From an uncultured Bifidobacterium sp. (lineage in GTDB: Bacteria > Fibrobacterota > Fibrobacteria > UBA11236): a DNA stretch of 44,552 nucleotides. The stretch covers positions 1-44,552 of the forward strand of contig CAZKRC010000003.1 in the NCBI GenBank assembly GCA_964555105.1, given 5' to 3'. Below the pieces are notes generated by a model. The model saw only the letters and a program-made list of their open reading frames with translations. It was not told the DNA's origin and made no database searches. Position numbers and translations under genes: made by a program. Positions 1 to 9,568 of the stretch are shown in pieces (within the stretch, counting starts at the first letter, position 1; each line of letters starts with the position of its first letter).

Positions 1-939
1 CCCGCAGGCCATGGCCTCGAGGTTGATGATGCCGAAGGGTTCGTACACGGAGGGGCAGACGAACAGCGCCGCGTGTGAGTACAGACTGATCACGTCCTCG
101 CGCGCGAGCATGGCTTCGATCCAGATCACCTTGAGGTCGGGGCGGCGCGTGCGCACGTCGGCGACGCGTTGGCGCATTTCGGCGCCGATCCCGGGCGTGT
201 CGGGAGCCCCGGCGCACAGCACGACCTGGCTGTCCGCCGGGAGGTGCGCCAGCGCGTTCAGGAGGTGGAGGATGCCTTTCTGGCGCGTGATGCGGCCCAC
301 AAAGAGGATGAACGGCACGTCGGCCTCGATGCCGTGGCGGCGCAGCAATCCCGGGTTGGGCCGGTTCCGGTACTCCGCGACATCGATGCCGTTGGGAATC
401 ACGCGCACCTTGTCGGAAGCGACGCCGTAAAGCTCTTCGACGTCGCGCTTCATGGATTCAGACACCGCGATCACGCCGTCGGCGTTCCGGTACGCGGTTT
501 CTTCAAGCCATGAGGACGCGTGATACGCGTTGCCGAGTTGCTCGACCTTCCAGGGACGGTGGGGTTCGAGCGAGTGGGTGGTGAGCACGAGCGGGACGCG
601 AAGCAGCTGCTTGACGAGGCAACCCGCGTACTGGGCGTACCAGGTGTGACAGTGCACCACGTCCGATTCGGTCACGGTGCCCGCCATCATGAGGTCGCGC
701 GCGAGCGTGTCCATCAGCTTGGCGTGCTGCGCGTTCTGGCTGGGCAAGGTGAATGCGGGCGTGAGGCCACGTACGGTCAGATCTCCCTCGCGCACGTCCT
801 GGGCCCCGAAACACAGGACGTCCACAGGATTGCGGCCGGGCTCGAGGCGCGCGAGGGCGCGGCTGAGGTATTCGACATGGACGCCGGCGCCGCCATACAC
901 GTGAGGCGGATACTCATTGGTCAGCAAGGTAATGCGCAT
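1..939 (-). CDS. GT-B family 4 glycosyltransferase, glycogen-synthase-like (3' end runs off the window)
   Basis: Absent from the ORF track because there is no stop codon in the window. My minus-strand translation from ATG 939-937 reads MRITLLTNEYPPHVYGGAGVHVEYL...VPFILFVGRITRQKG...LFVCPSVYEPFGIINLEAMACG, a typical GT4 C-terminal E-x7-E region. Confidence 0.8.
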   Translation of the reverse strand, partial: MRITLLTNEYPPHVYGGAGVHVEYLSRALARLEPGRNPVDVLCFGAQDVREGDLTVRGLTPAFTLPSQNAQHAKLMDTLARDLMMAGTVTESDVVHCHTWYAQYAGCLVKQLLRVPLVLTTHSLEPHRPWKVEQLGNAYHASSWLEETAYRNADGVIAVSESMKRDVEELYGVASDKVRVIPNGIDVAEYRNRPNPGLLRRHGIEADVPFILFVGRITRQKGILHLLNALAHLPADSQVVLCAGAPDTPGIGAEMRQRVADVRTRRPDLKVIWIEAMLAREDVISLYSHAALFVCPSVYEPFGIINLEAMACG

Positions 940-975
940 CGCATGAATTGTACTAAAGGCGTTACACCTGTTCCC

Positions 976-1017
976 CGAAACACGCGTCGAAACACACAGC
1001 GAAACACACGCAACACG
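976..1017. repeat. 12-nt tandem repeat CGAAACAC(A/G)C(A/G)N, three copies plus a partial one
   Basis: cgaaacacgcgt / cgaaacacacag / cgaaacacacgc / aacacg read directly. It lies 37-78 nt upstream of the GT4 start codon. Confidence 0.8.
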
Positions 1018-1237
1018 CTCCGGAAAACCGGACGGCGAGAGCAATGGATCCCGGAGGCCGGGCGGTGTCCGCCCCGCAAGGGCCCTGGCCCTTGCGTCCC
1101 CCCCCCATCATCTTTCAAAGAATCTCGTCCGCCCTTCCTGCGTCACCCGTCCTGCACAGGCGCGAACGGGCGTACGCTGTCCGGCGGAAAGGCGTCGGTT
1201 CCGACGAGCAGGGCGTCCATGCCTCGTCAGGGTGGGA

Positions 1238-2515
1238 TCAGGGTGAGGTCAGGACCGACAGGTTGTGCGTCGCGCCGGAGGACGCGCGCAGGGTCAACTG
1301 GTACAGGCCCGAGGACGACAGGGCGGGCACGTTGATCGTGTGCTCTCCGTTGCCGGACACATGCAGGCTGCCACGCTGCAGTACGCGCCCCGTGACGGCG
1401 CGCACCGTGTAGGCGTAGACGTCCGGCGAGAGCCCGTTGAGGCGCACCTCGCCTCCTGAAGTGCGGACATTGAAGCGGTTGAGGCGCGTGGCGGACGCCA
1501 GCGAGGCCGTACCCTTGGGATGGACGTCCAGACGCAGTTTCATGAAGTCGATGACGTAAGATCCGTCCGCCTGCAGCGGGCTGGCCACACCGCCCTGCAT
1601 CACCACCGCCGAGTCTCCGAATACGGCGGAGTCGAGCTGGATGCGCACGGGAACGCGGCGGGGCATCCGCGCATGCGGCGATGTCCATTCCACCTTCCAG
1701 CTGTTTCCATCCCTGACGGCGGAGGCCGTGTCCAGGGTGAAGTGCGCGCGGTAGTACGCGCCCACGGTTTCGAACGGCGCCACCCAACTGCCGTTGGCGA
1801 CGGCCGTGGTGAGCAGTTGCAGGTTGTTGGCGGGCGTGATGCTGTACACGTCGGGGGTGGGATCGGCCACGTCATGGATGACGAGGGTCGCCCAACGGTT
1901 CTGGTTTTTCGCCGTGTTGAGCGCGTTGATGCCGGCGCTCTGGTTGCTGGGCTGCATGATCAGGCCCTGCACGTTCATCCAGTCGGCGGGCTGCGTGCCC
2001 CACGCGTAGGTCGCGCCTCCGCAACCGCGCGCAATGAAGTTCTCGGCGCTGATGCCCGCCTTGGCGGCGGCGTTGGCGGGCACGTTGCAGTTCGGGTATG
2101 CGAAGGTCACCGACTGGATGGCCGTGTCGAGGCCGCGCAGCGTGTCGGCCATGGCCTTGATGACCTTGGTGACGGAGTCGGCGCCGATCTGGTGCACGTT
2201 CTCATGTTTGTACGTGTGGTTGGTCAGCTCGTGGCCGTCGCGGGCGACCTGGATCCAGTCGGCACGCCGCGCGTTGAATGTCCCCACGTTCTGGATGGCG
2301 ATGTAGAACGTGGCCTTGAGCCCCAGCGAATCGAGCTGGGGGAGGAGATTGGGGAGCTGGCTGGCGCGGGCGTCGTCATAAGTGAAACTCACCGCGCCCG
2401 CGTATCCGTTCCAGGGAACGGTGGTGACAGGGCCGGCCGCGGCCAGCGCCGCACCGGCAAGCGTCAAGATTCCCGTGCGCAGCGCGGAGGAAAACAGGGT
2501 CGGAAAAGCGGGCAT
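1238..2515 (-). CDS. secreted polysaccharide deacetylase (CE4/NodB-like) with a Por-tail-like C-terminal domain
   Basis: 425-aa ORF with N-terminal signal peptide MPAFPTLFSSALRTGILTLAGAALAAA. NodB-like motifs: SFTYDDA and GHELTNHTYKH. The C-terminal about 80 aa end in GLYQLTLRASSG, resembling a secretion sorting domain. Confidence 0.7.
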   Translation of the reverse strand: MPAFPTLFSSALRTGILTLAGAALAAAGPVTTVPWNGYAGAVSFTYDDARASQLPNLLPQLDSLGLKATFYIAIQNVGTFNARRADWIQVARDGHELTNHTYKHENVHQIGADSVTKVIKAMADTLRGLDTAIQSVTFAYPNCNVPANAAAKAGISAENFIARGCGGATYAWGTQPADWMNVQGLIMQPSNQSAGINALNTAKNQNRWATLVIHDVADPTPDVYSITPANNLQLLTTAVANGSWVAPFETVGAYYRAHFTLDTASAVRDGNSWKVEWTSPHARMPRRVPVRIQLDSAVFGDSAVVMQGGVASPLQADGSYVIDFMKLRLDVHPKGTASLASATRLNRFNVRTSGGEVRLNGLSPDVYAYTVRAVTGRVLQRGSLHVSGNGEHTINVPALSSSGLYQLTLRASSGATHNLSVLTSP

Positions 2516-2522
2516 GGGATCC

Positions 2523-4082
2523 TCAGGGTTTGACGGCGGACGGTGCGGAAGCAGCGGAAGCAGCGGCCGGTTTGACGAAGTAAATACCCGCGGGCAGCAT
2601 GCCGTCGGCGCTCACGCGCACCGGCTTGCCGGCCGCAGTCACGACGCGCGCCCCGCGCACCCACTCGGGGGCGCGGCCGCCAGCCAGATGAATGAAGCGC
2701 GCTGCGCCAGAGGCCGGGCGCACGGACGCGCGCGAGACGCCCGGAGCGATGGACGTGGCAATCAGGGGTTGCAGTGCACGATGCACCTTGCGCGCGATAC
2801 TGTCCTGCCCGACGCGGTTCGGATGCACGCCATCGGGCGCGAGGGACTGGAGGTTCAGGAAAGGCGTATGCAAGTCGATCACGCCCGCGACCTGCGTGGG
2901 CCGCGATGAGGCGATCGCGTCGATGGCCGGGCCGAGAGAATCACGGATGATGTCCCCGTTGATGCCGCTGGTGTCGGCGGTCCACCCATTGTTGGGGAAC
3001 GCCCAGTTGCCGTTGACTTTCCACGCCGGGAACGCCTTGAACAACACGAACTTGGGCTTGGGCGTCATGTTGTTGTACAGGGTATCGATGAAGTAGCGGT
3101 AATCGTTCACGAAGCGCGGGCCCTGCCAGAAGTATTTGCGCGCGTCGTTGGTACCGAGCTTGACGGTGATGAAGTGCGGCTTCATCATGAACAGGGTATC
3201 CATCTGGTTCTTGTCGGTCACGTACGACTTGAACGAAGCGCCTGCATTGGGCAGCTGTGCACGCTGCATCCACCAACCGCTTTTACCACCATTCCACACC
3301 CAATAGCGCGGCCCCAACAGCATGTTGAGGCGCAGGGCGTAGGCATCCTTGACGGTCACGCCCCCGGTTGTGCCTGCGGCCTGGGTGATGCTGTTGCCCA
3401 CGCACATGATGCGGATCGACTGGTCGACGAATGCGCGAAATGCCAGACGACCCAGCGTGTCCTGGCCCACGCTGTTTGGCAGAATGCGCTTGGGATTGCC
3501 GTTGGGGGTCAAGTACCGGTCTATCTGCCCCGCGAGGGGGGTGTAGAGGTTGATCGTGTCCGCGCCTTTTTCCAGGGCGATGGCGCGAAGGCGGGGAATG
3601 ATGGAATTCGAGATCACCTGGTTGTTGCGCTCCAACGGGTCCGTGGGAGCGGCGTCGGGCATGACCGGCGTGGGATACACGACGAGGATGCGCGGCTTCG
3701 AGGGCATCGCGGCGAGCGTATCGATCAGGGCCTTGTAGTCAGCCGTAAAGTTCGCACTGTCGTCCCAGTTCATGGCTTTCGAGTCGGAAGAACCCAGTTG
3801 GATGCTCACGATGTCAGGCTCGTAGGCGAACACCTGGGCGAGCAGGCCGGAAGCCCAGTAGCTTGAGTCGCCGCTGCGAAGAGTTGTCGCCCCATCGCCT
3901 CTGAACGTACGCAGGCTGTCTGCGGGCAGGCGGCTTGAGAGGCCGGGGATCCAGTTGGTTGTGTAGTCGCCGATCGCCGCCCAACGCAAGGTCCGTACGG
4001 TCTGGGCATGAGAAGTGACGGCCACCACGCCCATCAGGGCGGCGACGAGAGACGAAACGGCGAGGGTGCGGGAAGGCTTCAT
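2523..4082 (-). CDS. secreted tandem SGNH/GDSL-family hydrolase (carbohydrate esterase-like)
   Basis: Internal start MKPSRTLAVSSLVAALMGVVAVTSHAQ is a signal peptide; ATG 4082-4080 overlaps the upstream stop as ATGA. Two SGNH-like blocks: AAIGDYTT..LGSSDS and CVGNSIT..LGTNDA..DGVHPN. C-terminal PAGIYFVKP is a Por-tail-like motif. Confidence 0.7.
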   Translation of the reverse strand: MKPSRTLAVSSLVAALMGVVAVTSHAQTVRTLRWAAIGDYTTNWIPGLSSRLPADSLRTFRGDGATTLRSGDSSYWASGLLAQVFAYEPDIVSIQLGSSDSKAMNWDDSANFTADYKALIDTLAAMPSKPRILVVYPTPVMPDAAPTDPLERNNQVISNSIIPRLRAIALEKGADTINLYTPLAGQIDRYLTPNGNPKRILPNSVGQDTLGRLAFRAFVDQSIRIMCVGNSITQAAGTTGGVTVKDAYALRLNMLLGPRYWVWNGGKSGWWMQRAQLPNAGASFKSYVTDKNQMDTLFMMKPHFITVKLGTNDARKYFWQGPRFVNDYRYFIDTLYNNMTPKPKFVLFKAFPAWKVNGNWAFPNNGWTADTSGINGDIIRDSLGPAIDAIASSRPTQVAGVIDLHTPFLNLQSLAPDGVHPNRVGQDSIARKVHRALQPLIATSIAPGVSRASVRPASGAARFIHLAGGRAPEWVRGARVVTAAGKPVRVSADGMLPAGIYFVKPAAASAASAPSAVKP

Positions 4083-5239
4083 GGTCTGGAATCCTCGGAG
4101 ACGAGGGGGACGTTGAGGGTCGTGCCGGCGGCACGACCCGTGCGGCCGCGCGCATCGGGCGCGGCCGTGAGACGATACGCGTGCGCCGGCGCCTTCATTG
4201 TGCGGGCGCGCGCGGCGGGGGCACGCAAGGACGTGGTGGTCATATATCCGCTGAGGTTCATCCACGTGCGCAGACTGTCAAGCTTGGCCGTGCTGGGGTC
4301 ATGACCGCCACCCTGCACCACCACCGTCTTGACCGCGACGCCCTTGGCAGTCAGCGAGTCGCGGTAGGCCCCACTGTTGAGTTGGTTGACGAGGTTGTCG
4401 GACGTGCCCCAGTTGATGAAGGCCGGAGGTGTCTGCGGCGTCACCTGCTTTTCGTTCGAGGTATAGTCGACCAGATCCTGCGCCGGGTTCGTGCCGATGT
4501 AGATGTCGCGGCCCGGCTTGTACGCGTAGGCCGTGGTGGTACCCGGCACGTACCGTTCCATGGTGGTCATCGGATAGACGAGCGCCTGGAAGTTGGGGCG
4601 TGACGACACGCGATCGATCGAATCCTTGGGATTGGTATGCCAATGGGGGCCATTGGTCGCATTGGAATCGATCAGGCCCGCGTCGAAATGCGTCGCCGCC
4701 GTGGAGGCGACGTGGCCGCCCGCGGAATAGCCGAGCACGCCGATCCGGTTCGGATCAACGCCATAGGTCGCCGCGTTGGCCCGTACCCAGCGCACCGCGC
4801 GTTGCACGTCCCACATGGCATGCGGATACCCGTAAGGCTTGACGCGGTAGCGCAGGATGAAAACCCGCACGCCGTAACCGGTGAGCGTGTTGGCCGCGGG
4901 GACGCCCTCGCTCGTCCACGGAGAGAGGTTGTCGTAGCCGCCGCCGGGGATCACGATCATCGCCGCGCCGTTGGGATTCGCCGGTGCGTACTCCAGCAGC
5001 CAGGGATTGCGGACGCTGTCGGTGGGCGTATACGTGGACGGATCGGGAATGTTGGCGGGTTTCGGCGCCGCGACCGGCGCGGTGCGGCCTTCCCACAAGA
5101 ACAGGCGTGTCTTGCCGGCGGGAACGTTCTGGGCAGCCGCCAAGGTCCCCCACCCGGACACCATGAGGCCCGCGCATGCCAACCCCAAAGCCGCGACAAC
5201 CGTGCGGCCCTTCCCCCCTGAAAATCCTTTCCGAACCAT
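4079..5239 (-). CDS. secreted alpha/beta-hydrolase esterase
   Basis: Oxyanion-like IVIPGGGY and nucleophile elbow GYSAGGH. Start taken at MVRKGF...LGLACAGLMVSGWGTLAAAQ, a signal peptide; the ORF-track start at 5305 is possible. Confidence 0.7.
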   Translation of the reverse strand: MVRKGFSGGKGRTVVAALGLACAGLMVSGWGTLAAAQNVPAGKTRLFLWEGRTAPVAAPKPANIPDPSTYTPTDSVRNPWLLEYAPANPNGAAMIVIPGGGYDNLSPWTSEGVPAANTLTGYGVRVFILRYRVKPYGYPHAMWDVQRAVRWVRANAATYGVDPNRIGVLGYSAGGHVASTAATHFDAGLIDSNATNGPHWHTNPKDSIDRVSSRPNFQALVYPMTTMERYVPGTTTAYAYKPGRDIYIGTNPAQDLVDYTSNEKQVTPQTPPAFINWGTSDNLVNQLNSGAYRDSLTAKGVAVKTVVVQGGGHDPSTAKLDSLRTWMNLSGYMTTTSLRAPAARARTMKAPAHAYRLTAAPDARGRTGRAAGTTLNVPLVSEDSRP

Positions 5240-5617
5240 AAACTCCCCGAATGAATGTGTCCTAAACCTATCGCAAAGCGTCGTGCGATACAACGCGTTC
5301 CCCACTTAAAAGATCAATGCTGCGGCGAAGATGCCCAAGCCCCGGCGCGCGGGCCTGAAATGTTCCTCCGAAGTTCCCTGAAAGTGCGCCCTGCTCCATC
5401 AGGATCTCATCAGGGTTCCACAGGCCTCCCCCCCAAAAATTCCCAAGAGGTCGAACCTGCGCCACACGGAGCCGCAATCCGTCCGCAAGGTGCGGCGGGG
5501 AAGGGCGCGAATTCGTGCGCAGGGCATGCCGGCGATTCCGCCACCCCCGTATCCTTCTATATTGGAACCGGTATCCGCATGGCGTGAATGCCCACGCCGG
5601 CTCCAACACCCTGAATC

Positions 5618-5944
5618 ATGGCGTTCTCAGAAGAAGAAAAAGACCTCATCGTCCAGTCCCTGCAGTTCTACCTCCAGCAGGCCGGCGCGCAGTTGCCGCC
5701 CCAGGCGATGCAACAGCTGGTGGCGATGGCGAAAAACGTCGTGTCCAAGCTGGACCAGCCCGGCGGCGAGGCTCCCCCGGCGGGCCAGCCCCCTGCCGGG
5801 ATTTCCCAGGAGTGGTTCGAGCGCGTCTGCGTGACGTGCGACAAGCTCACGGCCACGGGTTGTACGGACAAGATCACCGCCAAGTTCCCGGGCAAGTGCG
5901 ACCCCATCCTGATTTATGAGCGCGGTAAAACCGCCCTCGTCTGA
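5618..5944 (+). CDS. hypothetical small protein (108 aa, Cys-containing C-terminus)
   Basis: ORF with GC-rich third codon positions typical of the flanking genes, lying just upstream of rnr. I recognise no family. Confidence 0.5.
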   Translation: MAFSEEEKDLIVQSLQFYLQQAGAQLPPQAMQQLVAMAKNVVSKLDQPGGEAPPAGQPPAGISQEWFERVCVTCDKLTATGCTDKITAKFPGKCDPILIYERGKTALV

Positions 5945-5984
5945 CCCCTTCCCGCCGGCGCACGCCGGCTCACCGAAAGCACTC

Positions 5985-8276
5985 ATGACCGCACTGCATG
6001 CACCCACGGACAAGTCCATCCTGGACATCCTCCGGGCGGCGAACGGCCCTGTGGCGTGGCCGCGTCTCATGGTGGCCCTGGTCACAAGCCTCGAAGAGGA
6101 GCGCGCGCTCAAGAAACTTCTGAAAAAACTCGCGGCCAGCGGACGCATCGTCAAGCTGAAGAGCAAGCGCTACATGCTGCCGCCCGAGGCGTCCGCCCCG
6201 GACGCGGCGCAGACACCGCTCGCGGAGGCGTCGGCGGAGAGCGTGCGCGATCATGTCGTCGTGCCGCGCCCTGCGGGAAAAGCGGGAAAGCGCAAGGCAG
6301 GCCCGGATGGCGGAGAAGATTCCGCGAACGACGCCGACGCTTCGCGGCGCGCCACGGGCACCGCCCCTGCGAAGGGCGGCCCGGATGCGAAGGGTACGGA
6401 AGGCGTCATGGCGCGTGTTGCGCGCGAAGGCAAGTTCCTGTTCGCCATCACCGGCGAAGGCCGCAGCCGTCTCAAATACGTGTTGCCGCGCGGAGAGGAA
6501 GGGGCGGCCAAGCCCGGATCGACGGTGCGCATCAAGCCGCTGGGCCGCAAGGGGCCGTTCGGGTATCCGGCCGCGAAGGTGCTCGCCACCGCGCGCGTCG
6601 AGACCGACTTCGCGGACGTGTCCCGCGCGTTCTTCAAGCGCCACGGGATCCCCGCGGGTTACCCGAAGGCCGCGACCGCCGAAGCCATGGCCCAGCCCGA
6701 ACCGGTTTTCGATCAACAGGCCGCGCGCCTGGACCTGCGCGGGGAGCACATCGTCACCATCGACCCGCCCGAGGCGAAGGATCATGACGACGCGCTCTCC
6801 CTGGAGAAGTTGCCCGACGGGCGCTGGAAGCTCGGCGTGCATATCGCGGACGTGTCGGAATACGTCCGCCTGGACGGTCATCTCGACGAAGAAGCGCTGC
6901 GGCGCGCCTACACCCAGTACCTGCCCTGGACGGCCGCGCCCATGCTGCCGCAACGCCTCTCCGGCGACCTGTGCAGCCTGCTCGAGGGACGCGACCGCCT
7001 CGCCCTGTCCTGTTTCATGGAGGTGGGCGCGGACGGCACGCTGGAGTCTTACCGTTTCGAGGAAACCTTCATCCGCGTCACGCGCTTCTACTCCTACCAG
7101 GAGGCGCAGGGATTGAAGGACCAGGGCGAGCCTTTCCTCTGCCTGCTCTCGGAGTTCACCGACGCGTTGCTGGCCAAACGCAAGCGCGACGGTCATCTCG
7201 ATTTCCAGCTGCCCGAACCGCGCGTGATGCTCGACGAAGCGCGCGCGCCGATGGACATCTACCCCGGCGTGCGCCTGCCTGCGCACGGCTGGGTCGAAGA
7301 ATGCATGTTGCTCGCCAACCAGGCGGCCGCGCGCCATTTGCACAAGCACAAGCTCCCCGGCCTGTTCCGCGTGCACGAACAACCCGATATCGAGGTCGTG
7401 CAGGAACTGTGGAACAACCAGGCGGAACTGAACGCGCGCCTCAACGCGGCTCCGGCCGCTTCCGATGCGATTCCGGAGGGCGCGGCCCGCGCCGGGAAAT
7501 CCGGCCCGGAGACGAAGGCACGCCAAGGAACCAAGGGAACCAAGGCGGCCAAGGCGGCCCAAGGCGCGCCGGGAACCAAGGCGCGCAAAAACCCGCTGGA
7601 CGAACCCGGCGGCGCCGACATGTTCACGAAGATGCGCGAGACCGGGGGCTATCTGAACCCCGTGGTCCAGCAATTCTACGTCCGCCTGCTCGATCCTTCA
7701 CGCGGCGCGCTGCCGCCCCCGGTTCAACGGAAAATCCTGCAGAGCATGAAGAAGGCGCAATACTCCGCCAGCCCGCTGGGGCACTTCGCGCTCGGCTGGC
7801 AATACTACGCACACTTCACCTCCCCCATCCGTCGTTACGCCGACCTGTGGACGCACCGCGTCATGAAGATGCACGCACGCGGCAAGAAGATTCCACGCGA
7901 TCTCCGGAACCGCGCCATCGCGGTCGCGGAGGAGATTTCAGGCCGCGAGATCGACGTCATCAAGACCGAGCGCAAGGCCATGCGCGTCGCGACGGCGTGG
8001 ATCTTCCGCAAGCTCATCGGCCGCGAATTCGACGGCGAGATCAGCGGCGTGGAGAACTTCGGCATGTTCGTGACCGTCACCGCCCCGTACGGCGAAGGCA
8101 TGGTTCCGGTGGCCCGCATGCGCGGGGACTACTATGAAAAGGATCCGGAGTCCGGCCATCTCGTGGGCGCGCGCACCGGTGCGCGCTTCCAGCTGGGCCA
8201 GAAGATCCGCGTGCGCGTCGCCAAAAGCGATCCCCTGATGGGATACGTGGACTTCGACCTGATCGGTCCCGCCTGA
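5985..8276 (+). CDS. rnr: ribonuclease R (RNB family 3'-5' exoribonuclease with C-terminal S1 domain)
   Basis: RNB motifs IDPPEAKDHDDALS and HFALG..YAHFTSPIRRYADL. C-terminal S1-like GEISGVENFGMFVTV. Start chosen at MTALHAPTDKSILDIL, downstream of the preceding ORF's stop; 5916 is the alternative. Confidence 0.85.
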   Translation: MTALHAPTDKSILDILRAANGPVAWPRLMVALVTSLEEERALKKLLKKLAASGRIVKLKSKRYMLPPEASAPDAAQTPLAEASAESVRDHVVVPRPAGKAGKRKAGPDGGEDSANDADASRRATGTAPAKGGPDAKGTEGVMARVAREGKFLFAITGEGRSRLKYVLPRGEEGAAKPGSTVRIKPLGRKGPFGYPAAKVLATARVETDFADVSRAFFKRHGIPAGYPKAATAEAMAQPEPVFDQQAARLDLRGEHIVTIDPPEAKDHDDALSLEKLPDGRWKLGVHIADVSEYVRLDGHLDEEALRRAYTQYLPWTAAPMLPQRLSGDLCSLLEGRDRLALSCFMEVGADGTLESYRFEETFIRVTRFYSYQEAQGLKDQGEPFLCLLSEFTDALLAKRKRDGHLDFQLPEPRVMLDEARAPMDIYPGVRLPAHGWVEECMLLANQAAARHLHKHKLPGLFRVHEQPDIEVVQELWNNQAELNARLNAAPAASDAIPEGAARAGKSGPETKARQGTKGTKAAKAAQGAPGTKARKNPLDEPGGADMFTKMRETGGYLNPVVQQFYVRLLDPSRGALPPPVQRKILQSMKKAQYSASPLGHFALGWQYYAHFTSPIRRYADLWTHRVMKMHARGKKIPRDLRNRAIAVAEEISGREIDVIKTERKAMRVATAWIFRKLIGREFDGEISGVENFGMFVTVTAPYGEGMVPVARMRGDYYEKDPESGHLVGARTGARFQLGQKIRVRVAKSDPLMGYVDFDLIGPA

Positions 8277-8287
8277 GGTGACGCCCG

Positions 8288-9013
8288 GTGAGTCTCCGTA
8301 ACGCCCTCGCCCACCTCACGTCCCTGCGGATTCCGCCGCGCACGCGCATTCCGATCGCGCACTCGCTCCACTATTTTCCCTGGGTGGGCGCGGCGCACGG
8401 CAGCCTCAACATCCTGGGCTTCATCGCCGCGTCGCAGGTTCTGCCCGTGCCGCTGGCCTGCCTGTTCGCCGTGCTGCTCCCGCAGGCGCTGGCGGGGTTC
8501 GGCCCCTGGCGCGGCACGCTGGAGGCGGCACAAGGTCGTCGCACCCGCGGACATCAATCCTTCGCGCCCGGCTTCCGCCCCGACCTGAAGGGCGTGGCGT
8601 TGGTGCTGGCACTCACGCTCGTCAAATGGTTTTCCCTGATGATCATCGCGCCCGACTGGCGGGTCCGGGCCGCCCTGGTCTTCCCCATTCTCGGCATGAG
8701 CGCGCAAACAGGGGCGTTCCTGCGCTCCGTGCGCATGCCCGGCCGCAGTCCGCTGCTGGTGCGCCGCCATCTCCGGGCCGGTTTCCTCAGCGGCGTTTCC
8801 CTCTTCCTCGTCTTTCTCTTCCCGCCGCCCGCGGCGGCGGCGATGCTGGTCGCGGTCGCGTTGGCGACGGGGCTGATCGTGCGCTTCCGGCATCCGCGCC
8901 ACGCGCCGCCACCCCGGCGCGAACTCACGCGCCAAACGGCAGGACTGGTGACGGAAATTTCCGAAGCCGCCATGCTGGCCGCGCTCGTTTTCGCCGGCTT
9001 CATCCTGTTGTGA
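8288..9013 (+). CDS. CobS-like polytopic membrane protein (divergent adenosylcobinamide-GDP ribazoletransferase fold?)
   Basis: GTG start, 241 aa, multiple TM segments. The N-terminus LTSLRIPPRT...YFPWVG resembles the CobS pattern F.SRLPVP...FPLIG, but the DG.AD-type motif is not recognisable. Confidence 0.4.
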   Translation: MSLRNALAHLTSLRIPPRTRIPIAHSLHYFPWVGAAHGSLNILGFIAASQVLPVPLACLFAVLLPQALAGFGPWRGTLEAAQGRRTRGHQSFAPGFRPDLKGVALVLALTLVKWFSLMIIAPDWRVRAALVFPILGMSAQTGAFLRSVRMPGRSPLLVRRHLRAGFLSGVSLFLVFLFPPPAAAAMLVAVALATGLIVRFRHPRHAPPPRRELTRQTAGLVTEISEAAMLAALVFAGFILL

Positions 9014-9134
9014 TCGACCGGTATCGGACCGGTGAGCGGGCGGCCCTGCGCCGCCCGGACCGGCCTGCGCCGCATCTTCCGGGTGCGCGCAGGCCTTTCC
9101 CCACCCGCATCAAACGCACCACCGCCGTGCGCGT

Positions 9135-9428
9135 TTACGCGAAGTCGTAGATCTTCACCTGCGTCCAGTAGTCCTTGAGTTCAAGAAAGCGCTGGTGGAT
9201 CTCATGCACCTGATAGGCGTCGTGACCCGCCGCATCGTCGAATACGGTGACCATGCCGTACGTGTAGGTGCGGTCGATCACCGGGCGATCGGTGTCCGCG
9301 GGCGTTCCGAACCATCCATGGCGGATCGAGGGGATGGTCGTCAGCGCACGACCGCGCGTTTCGAACTCGCGCACCTGCTCGGGGGTGAGATCGGGCTTCA
9401 ACCAGAAATAAACGGAATGAACGAACAT
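9135..9428 (-). CDS. Dabb (stress-responsive alpha/beta-barrel) family protein
   Basis: The 97-aa core MFVHSVYFWLKPDLTPEQVREFE...FDDAAGHDAYQVHEIHQRF matches the Dabb pattern. The track ORF extending to 9902 is an Arg/Ala-rich extension overlapping the next gene. Confidence 0.7.
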   Translation of the reverse strand: MFVHSVYFWLKPDLTPEQVREFETRGRALTTIPSIRHGWFGTPADTDRPVIDRTYTYGMVTVFDDAAGHDAYQVHEIHQRFLELKDYWTQVKIYDFA

Positions 9429-9568
9429 GGGAACTCCGGGAATGAAGTGACGGGTTGACGGAAAATCACGGAACGGTTTCGCGATCAGGGGGGTGGGGCC
9501 GGATGCGGCCGACATGATGAGGGGACGTGACGCCGCACCGGCGGCGGGAGCGTGGGGCCCACGGGTCA

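Noticed and set aside
2523-4265. 580-aa version of the SGNH hydrolase; likewise 9135-9902 for the Dabb gene and 11108 for the propeller gene
   Set aside because: The N-terminal extensions are Arg/Pro-rich, overlap the neighbouring genes, and precede clear signal peptides or family N-termini.
5970-7673. 567-aa ORF antisense to rnr. Similar long shadow ORFs occur at 9527-11029, 12287-13606, 13593-15929, 20738-22357, 22479-23618, 23731-25092, 36089-37390, 40734-42716 and 42745-43941.
   Set aside because: All lie opposite genes with strong family signatures. All translate to Arg/Ala/Gly/His-rich low-complexity sequence typical of antisense frames in high-GC DNA.
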